A stretch of DNA of 62,179 bases, filler included, from Choristocarpus tenellus KU-1152 (GCA_964200185.2; 9 parts of 9 records of this genome joined end to end with filler, not necessarily neighbours in it); one strand, 5' to 3'; counted from the whole stretch's first letter, positions 47,500-61,634 are shown. Program-made: numbers and translations. Notes: generated by a model from the sequence alone, not told the origin.

Positions 47500-50400
47500 C
47501 ATTGACCTCCACAGTTCGAAGTTTGATCGCAGTTGGGTTGGGTGTAGTGTCTAGGTCAAGTGGTACACAGCAAATGCCATCTTGCTTGCACCCAGCTAAA
47601 TCGTGTTACCACTGGAAACTGATTGCCGATGATAGCACAAGGTTGACGACTTCACTACAATATCGAGTGCTTATTTGACATGTGACTTGATGGACTGTTG
47701 CTTGTAATTGTACCTGCCGAAAAATTGTGTAATCAACTGGGGCTAGTCATAGGAGAGACAGGACAAAGAGTATTACTTGAACCTCACTCTGTGTGATTTT
47801 CTTTTCTGTTGCAGTTATACTACATAACATCATTGTAGCAAAATCCCTACGATACAACTCCAGACTATCACCATTATGGTGTTTGGTTCTGTGGAAATGA
47901 GTGTACCATCCCTTCCACCATTTGGCATTGCATCTTGACATTCAATTTGTGGTACTGCTGTGGTTCCCATTGCAGACAAAATGTTGAGCCATGCATTACG
48001 CATCATTCATCCCCTCTTTGTGCTGAATGTAGAGTAGCTGGCCATCCATGGGCAGGCTATCATCAATACTTCGCCTTACTAACAATCCACTCCAATCTAT
48101 ACGTTGTACTAACAGTAGAGATGAGAGAACGAAATCCTTCACCTCTAACCTCTTCAAAGCATCCATGATTCAATGAACCACAGATAAGGACTGTTGCATT
48201 AGTGAAGGGCGGTGAAGAGGTATCTACTTGGAGCAAGCAAATGGTGTTACTGCCATTATCCCTCCTGTGGTCGGCATTACAAGATATTAGTTTCCTAAGA
48301 TATTTTCCTTGCACTTTTATTGTGTAGAAATAATTATGAGCTAACACACTTGATTACCCTATCCGTCAATAGTGCATGGCTAGATATGTAGCAATGGCCT
48401 GTTCAGAAAGGACATATCCCATTAACATACATGACCACCCTGTCATATTGTCAGATCAACATCAGACAAAAAGGGTGCCATGTGAAGCCCTGGCCCAATA
48501 AATAGATTGGGTTCTGGAGGGACAAGAGATTCCTGTCTCCTGTGGTATTTATCTGTAGATTGACTCAGGAATCGATCTTGAAACTCTCATTTAGACCATC
48601 GGCACTAACACTTAATTCAAGAACCCAATCAAATGAGAATGCTTGAACATACTGGGGACCTGCAGGTTAATTTGCTAAGTTAACTAGATATGTGCAATCC
48701 TGAAGTCCCAGTCGCAACAAAATGGTTGAGGGAAATGGACTGAGGTCCATCCTTGTTTGTGATCTGGGAGGAGAGTACTTTCAGTCAAGGCTGTGGATAA
48801 TCCATGAACCCCAAACTCCAATTGCCTGAGGCATCATTTATTGTTTCACCAATTAAACTCGCTTACAACCTCATGGGGAGTAAGCACCTTCTGGGATCTT
48901 GTGGGAACATTTATGTCTCCCTACGATGTGTAAACCTGTTTATAAATGTTGAGACACTACTGTTTGACCAAACATTCACACGAATATCTGGCCCTTGTGG
49001 AACAGTGGTATCTTAATTCTTCACAAAATCAGAGGGTGAGAACCTTCCCAGCAAAATACGTGGACCATCACCCTACTAATCGGGTGCTATTGTTAGGGGG
49101 GATCTGGGGTACACTAACCCCGGAAAAACTAATTCTTCATGACACAACGGCATGCATCGCATGGGAGATCGCACATCAGTATGTTTGTGTGTGTGTTGTC
49201 ACATCATGTTTCAACACTTCACTTGTTTATCTTTCATACATACACCAAAAATAAGTGAAATGAAAGGTAATATCACAATGTGGTGCTGGTCAGTACTAGC
49301 CAGTAGCAGGTTCATTTCAAATATCTAATAATTTGCCTTGTTCTGGAGGTCATGTCACCTCCTGCAACACTGTCCTCTCCTCCCCCTCTTAAGATGATCG
49401 CTTTTCATCATGCTACTCATTCTACCTCAACTCCACACACCCTACCTCCCTCTTAACAAGGACAAAGGGATCCAACACCTCATTTCAGACTCCTTCCCAA
49501 CCTCCGTGTCAAAACAAAAATACATCGAAGGGAGGATCCACATCCCTACAACTCTTCTGTGAGAACAGATACTCCAAACCAATGTACAAAAACGACTCAA
49601 AGGGTACATCATCAACATGACACAAAGGACCACTACACCTCATCTCAGTGTGCTCATGGCACTCAATGATATGTATCACCATGTAACCTATGCATTATCT
49701 CAAAATGTAAAGAGTTCACCCCTTCACCCACCCTGCCACTCCCATCACCCGTCTCTTCTGCCTATCTGCTATCAGCAAGACTTCAGAGACCCAAACAGCA
49801 CCAAACCAAAAGCTGGATCAGGTCTCCCGTGTACTGATCCAGACTCCCCACAGTCTCCTCTTCCCTTCACAACGGCTCTTCTCCAAAAGTCGTTTATTTG
49901 GTTGGTATAGTCGTATCCGGCTTATTGCTCTCCACATCAAGGAGGCCCTTACCCTTGAGCTTGGGATCAAATCGGATGTCTTCAATTATTCCCCTGTTCT
50001 TCAATATCTGTATGTCAATAGCGGGAGAGAGGAGGTGTTACTTTACTCTAGTGCCAAACTAACATATACAGTCAGGGGGATAGGAGAGATTACAGGGTGA
50101 ATGCATTCCATTCACTAAAACATAATTGTATGGACAATGATCTTAACATGGATACTACTAGTGCTATACAAGATGAGTATGACTGCTGAGCACAAATCAC
50201 ATGTGTGAAGGATAGCAAGGGAACACATTAACTACACAAGTAGAAAACAATAAATAAAAACAATGTAAGCCCTTTACATGAGCATTCTAAGACCACTACT
50301 CTCTCTCAAAAATGAATGTCCTTGGAGGAACATCATCATGCCATCATCATCATTCAAGACAAACAACTTGCAGTGAAAAAAGGGAGTAGCAACTACGTGT

Positions 50401-51400
50401 GAAGCAAATAACTTGAGCCTGCATTTGGGAGATTACAGTTTGTGGTGGATTGCCCTGCACATAACATACATAAAAACACATTAAAAGGTGAGCAAAAGCA
50501 TTGCTTAAGTATGACTGCTCAAAGTATCACAAAAGACCTCCCCACACCCAATGAACAACCAAGGAGGAGTGCATAACTCACACATCCCTCCCTCACACAC
50601 TCTCAAGGTAGCAACACCAACACACCTGCCCGCTCAAACTGGTACCAAAAACGGTCCACACTCATCAGCGTGTGTGACAAAACAGGCGAGTACTTGTTCA
50701 GTACATGACTAGAGGCTAGAACATCACTGGGAATGTAAAACTACATCGCCTCTTGCAATTGAACTGCTCTTTGTGTACAAGTTCTTTTTTAGAGAACAAA
50801 AGCGGATATAACCCAATCTCCCTTCTACAAGCACTCCCTACACAAGTCACAGCAGGAGCCTCTCCATTCCTAGTATCATACAACATAGTCCATAAGCCAG
50901 TCCCTGCAAAATTCCAGAAACCAAGGCCTTCACACTTAAAAAAGTCAGGAGAAAAGGTGTTCCATTTTTGTGCAAACCAGAGGAGTAGCCAATGCTAAAA
51001 CAACTATTTTAACACTCAAAATTTCAGCAATGAAGAGTTCACATTTTCACCAAATAATACTCCTTCACTAAACACCCACATACATTCTCCCCCTTCACCC
51101 CCCTTACACACAGAGCACTTCACATCAACTCCTCACATATCATGCCCCCTCCACTCTACATCCAACAAATCACTCCAACGATATTGATCCCAATCCACAT
51201 TGCTCTATACCACACCAGTATTCCCCCTCCTCACCTCCTCCTTCTCCGCCTGGAACCGGCGAGCAACTTTTTTCATCCCCATTTCGATCTTCCCTTTGAA
51301 CTTGTAGCCTTCCACAACTTCCTTGTCCTCTTCATTCATGAGGGGGACCACATTCAGAGCACTCTCCCATGCTGACTGCAACAGGGGCACAGCCAAAGCC
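47500..51400 (-). mobile_element. Degenerate Ty3/gypsy retrotransposon
   Basis: Decayed motifs in gypsy order on the minus strand: RT LCHVDDVP (~49601-49625), RNase H INDASG (~48825-48842), integrase YWPG-like (~48490-48503) and RDNGSN (~48248-48266). Boundaries approximate. Confidence 0.55.
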
Positions 51401-51687
51401 CGGGTGAGGGATACAGTCAGAGATAAGCGGTTTTCGTAAGGGAAGGAGAGCTTGGCCCAGTCTCATTTCTCTTCTAGTAAGTCTATCAAACCAGCCATCT
51501 ACTGGGAACTGTTCCATAAGGGGATCTTGCAGGGCGCTAAGGTGGATGGAATGGGTTTGACTTGACAGCCAAGGGTCCATACATAGAAAACACATTTTCA
51601 TTAAACCAAAAAAGGTTGGAATATCTGAAGAAAAAAAAAACGAGGTAAAAATAACCGGAAAAATGGGACAAAACACACTATCATCCC

Positions 51688-51787
51688 NNNNNNNNNNNNN
51701 NNNNNNNNNNNNNNNNNNNNNNNNNNNNNNNTTAATTAATTAANNNNNNNNNNNNNNNNNNNNNNNNNNNNNNNNNNNNNNNNNNNN
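51688..51787. other. Artificial contig spacer
   Basis: N44-TTAATTAATTAA-N44. Confidence 0.97.
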
Positions 51788-51829
51788 CCCTGGTGTAGAC
51801 CCCCCCCCCCCTCCCAGATACTTTGGGTC
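51788..51829 (-). mobile_element. MITE family 1 terminus (partial, contig start)
   Basis: ctggtgtagac+poly-C+agatactttgggtc. Confidence 0.8.
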
Positions 51830-52269
51830 TCGTTGACACAGCTTCACCCTTTGGCTGTTGAGTCTCAGATGTGCCCCAGAAGTTGAATATGTTTATGTCT
51901 AATATATTTTTTGTTCATTTAGCCTTCCTGCTAAACCATACCCATGACAGTCCCTTCAGGTCAAACTTGAATCCACGTTGAGGTTGGAGTGAGCTGTGGG
52001 GCTCCCTCTTGTCTGCCTGCAGACACTCAGAACAACCCTGTACTATAGACGTCTAGAATCACTCCCAAACCCCTATATCCTTACAGCTTAGAACTCTGGA
52101 AACAGCGAACACTCTCCAGAGAACTAGAAGCGTTCATTCTTGGAAAGTAGCTTATCATCAAAGGGAATCTCCTTTTATTCCGACACTTATACTGTACTGA
52201 ACTAAATGTCCTAATTGGTGTGTAGAGCATCTCTCAACACAAACAAAACAAACTATAATAGGTCTGCTA

Positions 52270-52745
52270 TAATGCCTGAATCTGCCTGGCTTCAGCACCC
52301 CTGATTAGGAGGGTGAACACAGAAGTCTCCATCTTTAATCCAGATACAGTAAATAAGAACGATCTGACCGTCTTCACAAGCACTGTGTCACCATCCTAGT
52401 CAAACCTTACTAGGTCTAGGAAACAATGACCACCACATCATCAGCATAAAGCATACCCCACAAAGGTCGCTCAAGCATTTTCCCACTCCCTGGTGCTACT
52501 CCTCGAGCTCTAATGGGCTTGTTTGTGGTCGCTCTCTTCATGATAAGTGGTCTTTGGAGATGGTCAGGTCAAAGGTGAATTCCTTAACTGCCGTACTTAG
52601 CACTGCAGTGACGAAGATGTTGAAAAGGATCAGGGCAAGAATACATCCCTGTGAAAGACCCTGTCCAACCTGGAACCAGTCTGGGCACTCACCATCATCC
52701 ATGCAAACATATGCCTCCACACCTTCCATGAATTGACGAATGACA
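52270..52745 (-). mobile_element. RTE-like LINE reverse transcriptase fragment
   Basis: VIRQFMEGVEAYVCMDDGECPDWFQVGQGLSQGCILALILFNIF and WGMLYADD (~52438-52461). Confidence 0.85.
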
Positions 52746-52994
52746 TTATAGGATAATGCGCAACACAAGGTGTTGTTGGTTGTATCACGAGCAGCAAATG
52801 ATGACATGGTGCCTTTGACTCAGTACAAAGGACATGCAACCGAACGACATGTGATAAATACCTCCCTAACATTCCTAAACCCATCACCTAATAAATACAG
52901 AAAATGATAAAAAATAATGTAAAGATCGAGTCATTCGAAATTTTTCCAGACCGTTACATTTCAACGCCATCCACAGAACAATAGTAATAATGAG

Positions 52995-53130
52995 CATGTG
53001 AATCGTGTGATTCTGTGGTGACGTGGTTCACTCAGGCAAGGGTGGTGAAGAGAATCACCGGGCAAGACGGACCAGACGAACAAGGACGAACCGTAACCGA
53101 GGGTACGAGGTTAATGTTGGACTGGCGCAA
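52995..53130 (+). repeat. Dispersed repeat shared with 14630-14777
   Basis: Direct sequence similarity (opposite strand). Confidence 0.7.
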
Positions 53131-54882
53131 ATTGAGGAGTCATGAGCATCTTGAAAGAAGTGCCTCATGTCTACAAGTCAAGACATGAGAACAAAGTGGA
53201 TCTTCCATTTGTGACAACTCTGAATGGCGAGCTGTCCCAAGTCTATGGGATTGGTCACATGAAGAGATCCCATGGTTTCATTCTGACGGAATATCTGTCC
53301 GTGAATCATGGACACTTGACTGGGAACCTCAATCGGTACAACGGTAACGGTATATAGCATACGGTAATAACGGTATAACAACAGACAAACATGCTTTCCA
53401 CATCACCCCCCCTTTTGATCAGCCTTGAAGCCATGTAAAACACGATTCAAGGTCAACCAAAAAGTGAGCTCTGGGAGCGAAGTGGGAAACATGTGTGACT
53501 GTTAGTATACTATTGCACCATTGTATTACACGACCCCATTAATACAAAATGAAGTGTAAAATATAAACGAGGCCCACGATGTTTATCTGATCAGGATAGC
53601 CTAAAGGTTGATGGTGTGTGGTCAGCACACTCATCAAGCTTATGAGGTCTGAGAGAGTGGGATCAGCATATCAATCAGCCTAAAGACGAGGCGAGAGATA
53701 TATGTGGCCAGCATATAGGGTCTCTAGTATCTTTTATAAAACAGAGGATACGCTCAGAATGGGGAGACGAGGAGCAAACACAAAACACGATGTCAACAAA
53801 ACGATTTGACTAGAGTTTGTCATTCGACATTGCTATACGGGTGTTATACAATGATTTGACCACCACTCCGATGTGTGAAAGCAACAACATCGCGTGTTAC
53901 AGGATAAAATCAACTCAGCAAACGACGAGATCAAATGTGTGCAACCATTTTCCTTCCTCAATTCTGACTTTGATTAGAATATTGTTTACGACAACCATAT
54001 TCCAAGTGGACAACTCGGACGTACGATGTTGGTGGCTCAACTCCCCTAAAACGATACGAGGTGACTGTACGGTCATTACATCATGTCAGGGGGATCATGC
54101 CACACGAAAAAAAAAGAGTTAAAATATATGGCTCACCTGAAGTCTCCATATCTTACTTGGTGGTAGACTTGAATCTTCATTTTTTTCTGTTTTAGGATGG
54201 GATTAGTCATTTCATGATGGTCAAATAAATTCATTTCATGAAAGCGTGACATGCTGTAATGAACAGCCACCTTTAGCACACACGTGCTAATATATAATGT
54301 GCCCGGTGATAACAGTCTCTTCACCACCGCATGTGTCCACTCATGCAAACGAGGAGAGTTGAGAGGTAAAATTAATTGTATATATATTTATCTTATCCAC
54401 CAACATTTATGTATAGTCTATTTGCAAGGATTGATAAACCTGGTAAACACGAGATGCCAAGTCAGAGCTGGACGTGAACAGGTCAACTGACATCTGTTAC
54501 CAATTATCTCATCTCTTAACAAAACGATAGACTATACCCATCTATGCAAAATGACACAAACACGATATGTCTAAACTAGATGGACAACCTATGTAAAGGA
54601 TTATAGTATGTGGGTACCACGAGATCTGGCCAGGGGACACTTAGTCTAAAATAAGTACCTAAACACCCAATTAAACAAACAAACAAAATTTGATCATGAT
54701 CTGTACCGCACATACACACGATAATCTCTTTACTGAAGCGATAGGTTACGACATGATAGCAATGCATGATATACAGAATATGCAAAGGAGTATGATAACA
54801 GTAAATACGAATTCTCAATTCAACAACACGAGGGACGAGAATTTTTACTGGTTATCCAATCCATTTACTGCACGATAGGCTG

Positions 54883-54982
54883 NNNNNNNNNNNNNNNNNN
54901 NNNNNNNNNNNNNNNNNNNNNNNNNNTTAATTAATTAANNNNNNNNNNNNNNNNNNNNNNNNNNNNNNNNNNNNNNNNNNNN
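54883..54982. other. Artificial contig spacer
   Basis: N44-TTAATTAATTAA-N44. Confidence 0.97.
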
Positions 54983-55287
54983 GTTGACCATACAAGCTGA
55001 CCACCATAGCTGCAGCACCCCTCGTGGCCTGTCCCAGCAGGAACCACAAGGCTTCGCGATGCCTGACGTATTCATCATACGCGCAGTGTTCCTTGAATGA
55101 TGTATCAGCTGTGGGAGGTGCAGGAATGCGTTATGCTGGTTGTAGGATGCAGTACAGTCTCTTGCCGCCCGCATAGCTCACCAGCGCCATCCGCCATTCT
55201 GCATACTTCTCCCTTGTATGCCCCCGCACTCCACTCCATAGTGGCAGCATACGGGGGTCCGCTTACATACCAATGAGGCTCATAACC

Positions 55288-55544
55288 TATGCAAAAGAGA
55301 GCTACTCAAGTAGAGTATTTTGCTTTGTGTGGTATGGATGTTTATTAGCGGAGTGAGCACTATCCTCAAGGTGGGGGGTGGTGCTCTCCCTTGCTATCTA
55401 ATTCATTCGTCATCAAACACATCAGAAATATGTTTTAAAATGTTTGTGACATTTGCACTACGTCAGTCACTTATAAGTTTAAGTTACATTACTTCATTCA
55501 CTTTTATACTACAAACCATACAGACTATTAGTCTATATTGCACA
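55288..55544 (-). mobile_element. Diverged solo LTR related to the copia A/B LTR
   Basis: tatgcaaaagagagct..gtggtatggatg..tttattagcggagtgagcac..gtggtgctct..gtctatattgcaca, shared with 4983-5354 and 8683-9059. No clean TSD. Confidence 0.75.
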
Positions 55545-56616
55545 TTATCCTCTGGAGTGCACATGTTGACCCTCAGCTCTTCTTGTACAGGTTACAGAGG
55601 CGGCAGGATCCCTACCTGAGAGGATGGATTGGGCTCTCCCGACTTCTGCACTTGACGACGCACACCCTTACCCAGCAGCTCTTTGGTCACACACATCCTA
55701 TCTTAGCAACTCTGACTTCTTGTTATTTGTGATCAATGTGCTGAGCAAGAACAGCACAAGCCTTTGCACGAGCGGTGAACTTTCAAACCTGAAAAAGGGA
55801 ATGGAGGCGGGAAGAAAGACTGAAGCTCTACAAGAAGGTGTTCAAGGTTGAGGGTGATGAAAAGATGCGATTATGGTTGAGGAAAGTGTTTTTATCGTCC
55901 TATTGTCTGGTATGGTATTACCCAATCACACTGAACTACCCCGATTTTTAGTTGGTCTTGCCTATCCTTCCTCTCTTATCTCTCAGATGTGGAGTGCCTT
56001 GTACCCCCATCCTCAGACTGTTTTTTTTTCTGTGGGGTGGGTTTTGCTAGGATTTTGGAAGAACTTGCAATGCTCTCTTTCTTGCTCTTTTTGCTCATTC
56101 CTCAATGCTGAAGAGGCTATTTTACTGATGATTTTTGTCGTGTGGACCATTTGGTGCTATTTTTTGTTGGTGGAGATATTACTACAGGTGTGTGTACTGT
56201 CTACCACCGTACAACCAAGTTTTCCCTATGTTGGGTATAGCTATTTTCCTGTTTTTCGAGTTCAATTTATAGTGCAATCTGAAACATGGGAGAGTGGGGT
56301 ATAGTTTTTGCCTCTTTCATATTTTTTGAGATTTCAATGGATAGCCCCTTTCAAGAATCTGAAGGGGGTTGTACTGGTGTGGGGTCTCCAAATGTAAGGA
56401 GGTTATCATGCGTACACTTCCTCATGTTCCTTGTATGTGTTTCTTGTCAGTATGCATAGATACCATTATGATGGTGATGGGGTAGATTTTTTTTTTCAAT
56501 TTAAGGTTTTCTTAAGGTGACGCACCCTGACCAAATGATTTTGTATGGTATCTGATATGACATGAAACAGTAGGTGCAAGTCACAACTTCTTGCGTTAGA
56601 AACAGGATCCACAAGG

Positions 56617-56789
56617 GCCTCAAAGTATCTGGTGTGTGTGGCGGCTGTCCATTTGGGGTCAATTTTTTATGTCGCGATTTTTGGGTGATTTGGCTGCATA
56701 CGTCGGATGGATAATGTAAGTGCACTTCTCCTGGTCATTGGTCAAATGGGCAACCTTGTGTTGACCCTCCCCCCCAGATACTTTGGGTC
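56617..56789 (-). mobile_element. MITE family 1, full copy
   Basis: TIRs GCCTCAAAGTATCTGG / CCAGATACTTTGGGTC; 3-bp duplication AGG (56614-16, 56790-92). Confidence 0.88.
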
Positions 56790-57007
56790 AGGTTGATTCA
56801 AATTGGAATGTTACACCTCTGATGCCTTCCTTGTGGTGCAAGTAAGCTATCAAGATAAGACAAATGCAAGCATAGAAGATTGGTGGTTCAATCTCATCAG
56901 CAGGAGATGGAGGTACAACAACAGTGGAACTGGGGGCAGTACTGTAAGTGGGATGAGGATGACTGTTTGTTGTATAGAATATTTTAATGGAGTGTAAACG
57001 ATAGGTA

Positions 57008-57835
57008 TCCAGAGTTGAATTTTAAGGATGTTGACAAATATTGACAAATATTGACAAAATGTCAGCCTTTTGTTAATATAAATATAGGAAATCGTCTGAT
57101 ATCTGTCGAATTTTTTAAAATAAAGAAATCAATGCTATCAAGTCAAACTTAGCACTTCATCCATACAAATATGGGCGAATGTCAAAAAAGATTCGGAAAC
57201 TGGCTAAAAATGCAAAATGATCAAAACCTGGGCACCTCTCGTTTACTTGGGCTCTCAGGTCTGTTGTGCTTTGTGGGCTTCCATCTGAGGGCTAGACAAC
57301 CGATCCGATTTTTCTTTGCAACCAGGACCTACCTTTGATTGTCTCCCCACAAGCAAACGCTTGCACCACCTTTGGATCATCCATGCTGGTTGAACTCCAT
57401 ATATGAATATATACTTACACTGCAATGCAATGTATGGTGTGCATGGTCATGTGCTCACGATTAATACTATGGGTAGTAATCATGTTAACATGTTGACACA
57501 TTCTCCCTTCACCGGGTGGTTAACCCTCCGTCCCTCAGCACCCTCCACAGTGTGACCTTCAATTGGTCGTGCTGTTTCCATTTCTTCTCAGAACTACATA
57601 GGATGTGAACCAAAGTAAACGAGAGATACCCAGTTTTAGGCTGTTTTGCATTGTATGCCATTTTTTAAAACCAGTTCACTCATATTTCTACAAATGTAGT
57701 GCCAAGTATGACTTCAGTGAGTTGATTTCTATTTTTTTGAAGTTTTCGACAAAATTCGGCAAGTATTTTGTACACTTTTGCCAAAATACCGAAATTTGAA
57801 AATGTTTTTCTGCACCCTTAAAATGGAATGCTGGG
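57008..57835. mobile_element. Putative non-autonomous DNA transposon flanked by TA
   Basis: Imperfect TIR TA|TCCAGAGTTGAATTTTAAGGATG vs CACCCTTAAAATGGAATGCTGGG|TA; AT-rich subterminal repeats (ttgacaaata x3). Confidence 0.45.
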
Positions 57836-58283
57836 TACGTCTTGTTTATTTGACTCCATGGCTCTTACCCCCTTTACTTCATTTTCCCTATAAACACTTG
57901 TTGGCAGCTCGGACTGGTGCTAATTCTTCATCTCAGTGTGTGATTTGGTTTAGGTTCTGTGTTTTGCATGGCGCTGAGTCCGTCCATAGTACAAATTACC
58001 ACCAAAGATAGAGATGCTGTTGTCATACAATCATGTGTCCAATATTGGTAACACTATCAGAACATGCACTATTTTATTCTATCAAATCCTAGGGTAAGTT
58101 TCATCTCGGGAGCTCACTTTAGCTACTCCTATTCACTGGTACTAGGCTCAGGATTGCAGAGGGAGGAAGGACCGGAGGAATAGGAATCAGAGGAAAGAGG
58201 GACCTGCGATTTTATGTAGTGTAGAAGAATTCTCAATGATAGGATCATGGATTCGTATGGGACTTGTGGAGAGCAATGGCGTT

Positions 58284-58540
58284 GAGTCAAACCAAATGAT
58301 GGGGTGTAAGTTTTGCCCTGTTTGTCTGAAATTGGCTTGGCTTCCCACGGGTTTTTTAGATCCTTTTTGGGTTTTCTATGAAAATACATTTACCGAAAAT
58401 GTATACGACTATGAAAGGTATGTCCGGGCAAGGACATCAACACCTGCTGACAAACATGATAACCAAAATTCATCAAAATTTCAACATTGGATTTATGACC
58501 CCGAACTGATGCAGTCCTACCCTCTTAAATACATTGGGTC
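58284..58540 (-). mobile_element. MITE family 2 copy
   Basis: GAGTCAAA ... taccctcttaaatacattgggtc; 3-bp duplication GTT on both sides; reverse complement of the 35944-36200 interior. Confidence 0.85.
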
Positions 58541-58849
58541 GTTTGTATTTCGATGACTTGCTGCGTGCTTTGGGTGTGCTCACGCCATGAAATGTGCTTC
58601 CTTGGGGTGGTCAGGGGGGAGCAATCGATAATAGAAGTGAGGAAGGCATTTTTTTTTTGGTAAGATGGTCACTCAATTCACATGGTGGTCCCGTAGACAG
58701 GTCAGTTCATCCTCTCTTAACCCTTGTTGGTGTGATACCTAGTTATGTAGTCAATATCTTTCGAGTATATTGGTGGAAGTACTTTTTTTGGTACTTCAAT
58801 CATAAACGTTAATTTAGGTTGTAATATGTCCAATTCCTATACTGATCCC

Positions 58850-59522
58850 CAAGCACCCGAGCGAGAATCCTGATGATCTTAGGCAGGCCATTACGGATGC
58901 AAAGTACATGGTACAAAGGTACTGCCCCCCCGAGGGGGAGTACACCCCCAGCTACCTACGAAAGGCCTTCATGAGGGTGAACAGTAACTCTGCACCAGGC
59001 CCCGATGGGATGCACCCCAGCCACATCAGATCAGCCATCATGACAGATGTTGGTCACGAAGAAGTGGCGGAGGCGTTTGTAAAGCTTGGGAACTAGCCTA
59101 CACCTCCTTGGACTCTTTACCTTTGGAGTTTTGGACGCTTCACACAACTCCAGATTGTCTGGAATTGGGGAGAAGTGTCGCCCGGTTGCCTGTGGCTCTT
59201 TCTTCTGAAAGGCATGTGCTTCAGCTTTCTGTGCAGACTGGCGCCCCTACCTAGGAATTTTTTGGCGGAATTGGACAATTTGGCATAGGGGTTCCAAACG
59301 GAGGGGAGTGTTCCCTTCTATACATCCGCCTAAGAAATGAGTGTGACGAATGAGTCATCAGTCTAGGTGGAAGAAATGCTTTCAACAGTGTACACCGCTC
59401 AGCCTTCATCAAGGCTTTCCTCGAGACTCTATTAGGACTCCTGCCCTACACCTCCAAGGTGTATGGGGACACCCGTAATATTATTTTTCCCCTGAATGAG
59501 GGAGGGATGAAGATACTGCAAT
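58850..59522 (+). mobile_element. Non-LTR retrotransposon RT fragment (CRE-like)
   Basis: KAFMRVNSNSAPGPDGMHPSHI, EKCRPVACG, GQFGIGVPNGGE, RNAFNSVHR; frameshifted. Confidence 0.75.
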
Positions 59523-59622
59523 NNNNNNNNNNNNNNNNNNNNNNNNNNNNNNNNNNNNNNNNNNNNTTAATTAATTAANNNNNNNNNNNNNNNNNNNNNN
59601 NNNNNNNNNNNNNNNNNNNNNN
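59523..59622. other. Artificial contig spacer
   Basis: N44-TTAATTAATTAA-N44. Confidence 0.97.
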
Positions 59623-59729
59623 TTTATATTTCCCCCCCACCACATACAACAAAATCACCAAAAAACGCCAAAATGAAAAAATGGACCCCAAAGGGACGGC
59701 CCCCCCCCCCCCCCCAGATACTTTGAGCC
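59623..59729 (+). mobile_element. MITE family 1 copy (partial, contig start)
   Basis: Degraded interior followed by poly-C+agatactttgagcc. Confidence 0.75.
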
Positions 59730-61634
59730 ATTGTGGGGCGAAGTGAGAGCCATGCCCATGCCGATCCAACCCCCCATCGAGGGGCAAGCCTTCCAAGAAG
59801 GGTAAAGGAAAGGGAAAAGGATGATAATTAGGAAGAAGAGGTTGAGAGAAGGTGCTGGATGGATGGGACCCTTAAAAGACTCGTGGTCCTGATGGCAGCA
59901 CTTTAGAACCTGGCTTCTTTGCAGATGTCTTCGCTTCTGCCAAAAAGGGCAGATAAGTGGAAAGTACGTGTTCATCTACCTCGAGGTACGATGATGATGA
60001 CGACAAGTTCTCGCATGGTGATGATGATTGCATAACACAGGATGCGGTCGACTCCGGCGATGTATCCGATGTGGGGATCACCGAAGCCTTCATGGAGGCT
60101 TGCGTTACTGAGCTCCTACGATCGACAACGAAACCTGCTTCTTTGCAGTATTGAGTGCAAACTCAAATCCTCACCCAAGTCATATACGACCATGGGTTCA
60201 GGCTCATCGTGACCGGTAAAGGGGCCATTTCTCTTGTTTTTGGGGATGACTGCTACGTCCACGAGCCCACACAGGTTAAACTCGGCGATCGTGGAGGGAA
60301 GCCGTGCAACACGTTACGTCCCGAGAATGTGGAAGCACTCCAGTTGAGGAAGGCTAGCTTCTTGAGCCTTGTGAAGCCCGAACCTTGGAACGACAGGTAC
60401 TCCACATGCCTAAATGTATGGCACCTTCTTATCTGGCATACCCTAAGCTTGTAGAGTGGTAGGAGAAGAGTGGGGAATGCAGTTTTGAGTCCGCCTACCA
60501 ATTGAAATAGGGGTTCAGTCGTTCCTGTTTTTTGTTGAAGTACGGATCGAGTTACAGGTACAATCATTTGTGCATCAGTGTACCTTGCCTTGGTGTCCGA
60601 CTACCATCTTCATGCACTTTCCATTCGATGGTTATGCATTTAGACAGTGGTATCGGATACATGGCTACCAGTCAGAGGCGTCAGTATATCATACATGATG
60701 CTCATCTTGAGGATTATACCTGTTTTATTATTTGTTTAAAAGAGCGTGCCCAATACAAGGTTTAGACTACTAAAATATAAAACATTAAACATCTTTTAAA
60801 CAACTCTTCTCCATCTTTTCAACTAAGTTTCCAATCAATTCGCCAAGGCCTGCGATGGATATGTTGTCTTCTTGAAAGCTGCTAACAATTCCGTCAACAC
60901 TACTAAGTACCTCCCCCCTGCTTCTCAATACTCTATGCACCATCTCATGCTTTGTCCAAGTGTCGACAAACTAGAGCCGATCTCGTCCTCCTTCGAATCT
61001 TGGAGGATCATATACCAAAGTCCACGCACGATGCTCCTAAACACAACACCAATCCAGAACCTCTGGAAGTATATCTTGAAATACTTTCAGAGAAACGTAC
61101 GACAATAGACTTTGACCACTAACCATTCGTGTACACATCCAGAATCCGTCCACACATTACATGAAAGATACAGTACACTAACCTGGAAAAAAAAAACTGA
61201 CCCTTTTTCTTCCTTCATACCAACAACTTCAACCCTAACACCCTGAGCGACAACCACACTTTTGTACATACTAAATCCGACACATGCAAGCAAATAAACG
61301 AAGTACTATATCTAAAACAGTACATGAAATATGTTTTGGTTCCTTGTGCACACACCGGGAGAACAGGCCCTAACTGACAGTCCTCTTTGTGTACATACCA
61401 GACACGACTCACGCAAGCTTATAAACGAAAGAACTAACCTCGCAACAGTCCATAGTCTTTTTTTTAATTCCTCAAGCTAACACTGGGAAAACACACCCTA
61501 ACCGACAGTCCTCTTTATGTGCTAACCAAATCCCACTCATGCAACCAAACAAACCAAAAATAAGCCCTGAAACAACCAATGGCATATCTCTCATTCTTCA
61601 TCCTCCTGCACGACCAACATGCATAAACCAATAA

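Noticed and set aside
59730-61450. Protein-coding gene in the last contig
   Set aside because: There are several short overlapping ORFs on both strands, with no consistent splice chain or recognisable motif. Probably TE debris, left uncalled.
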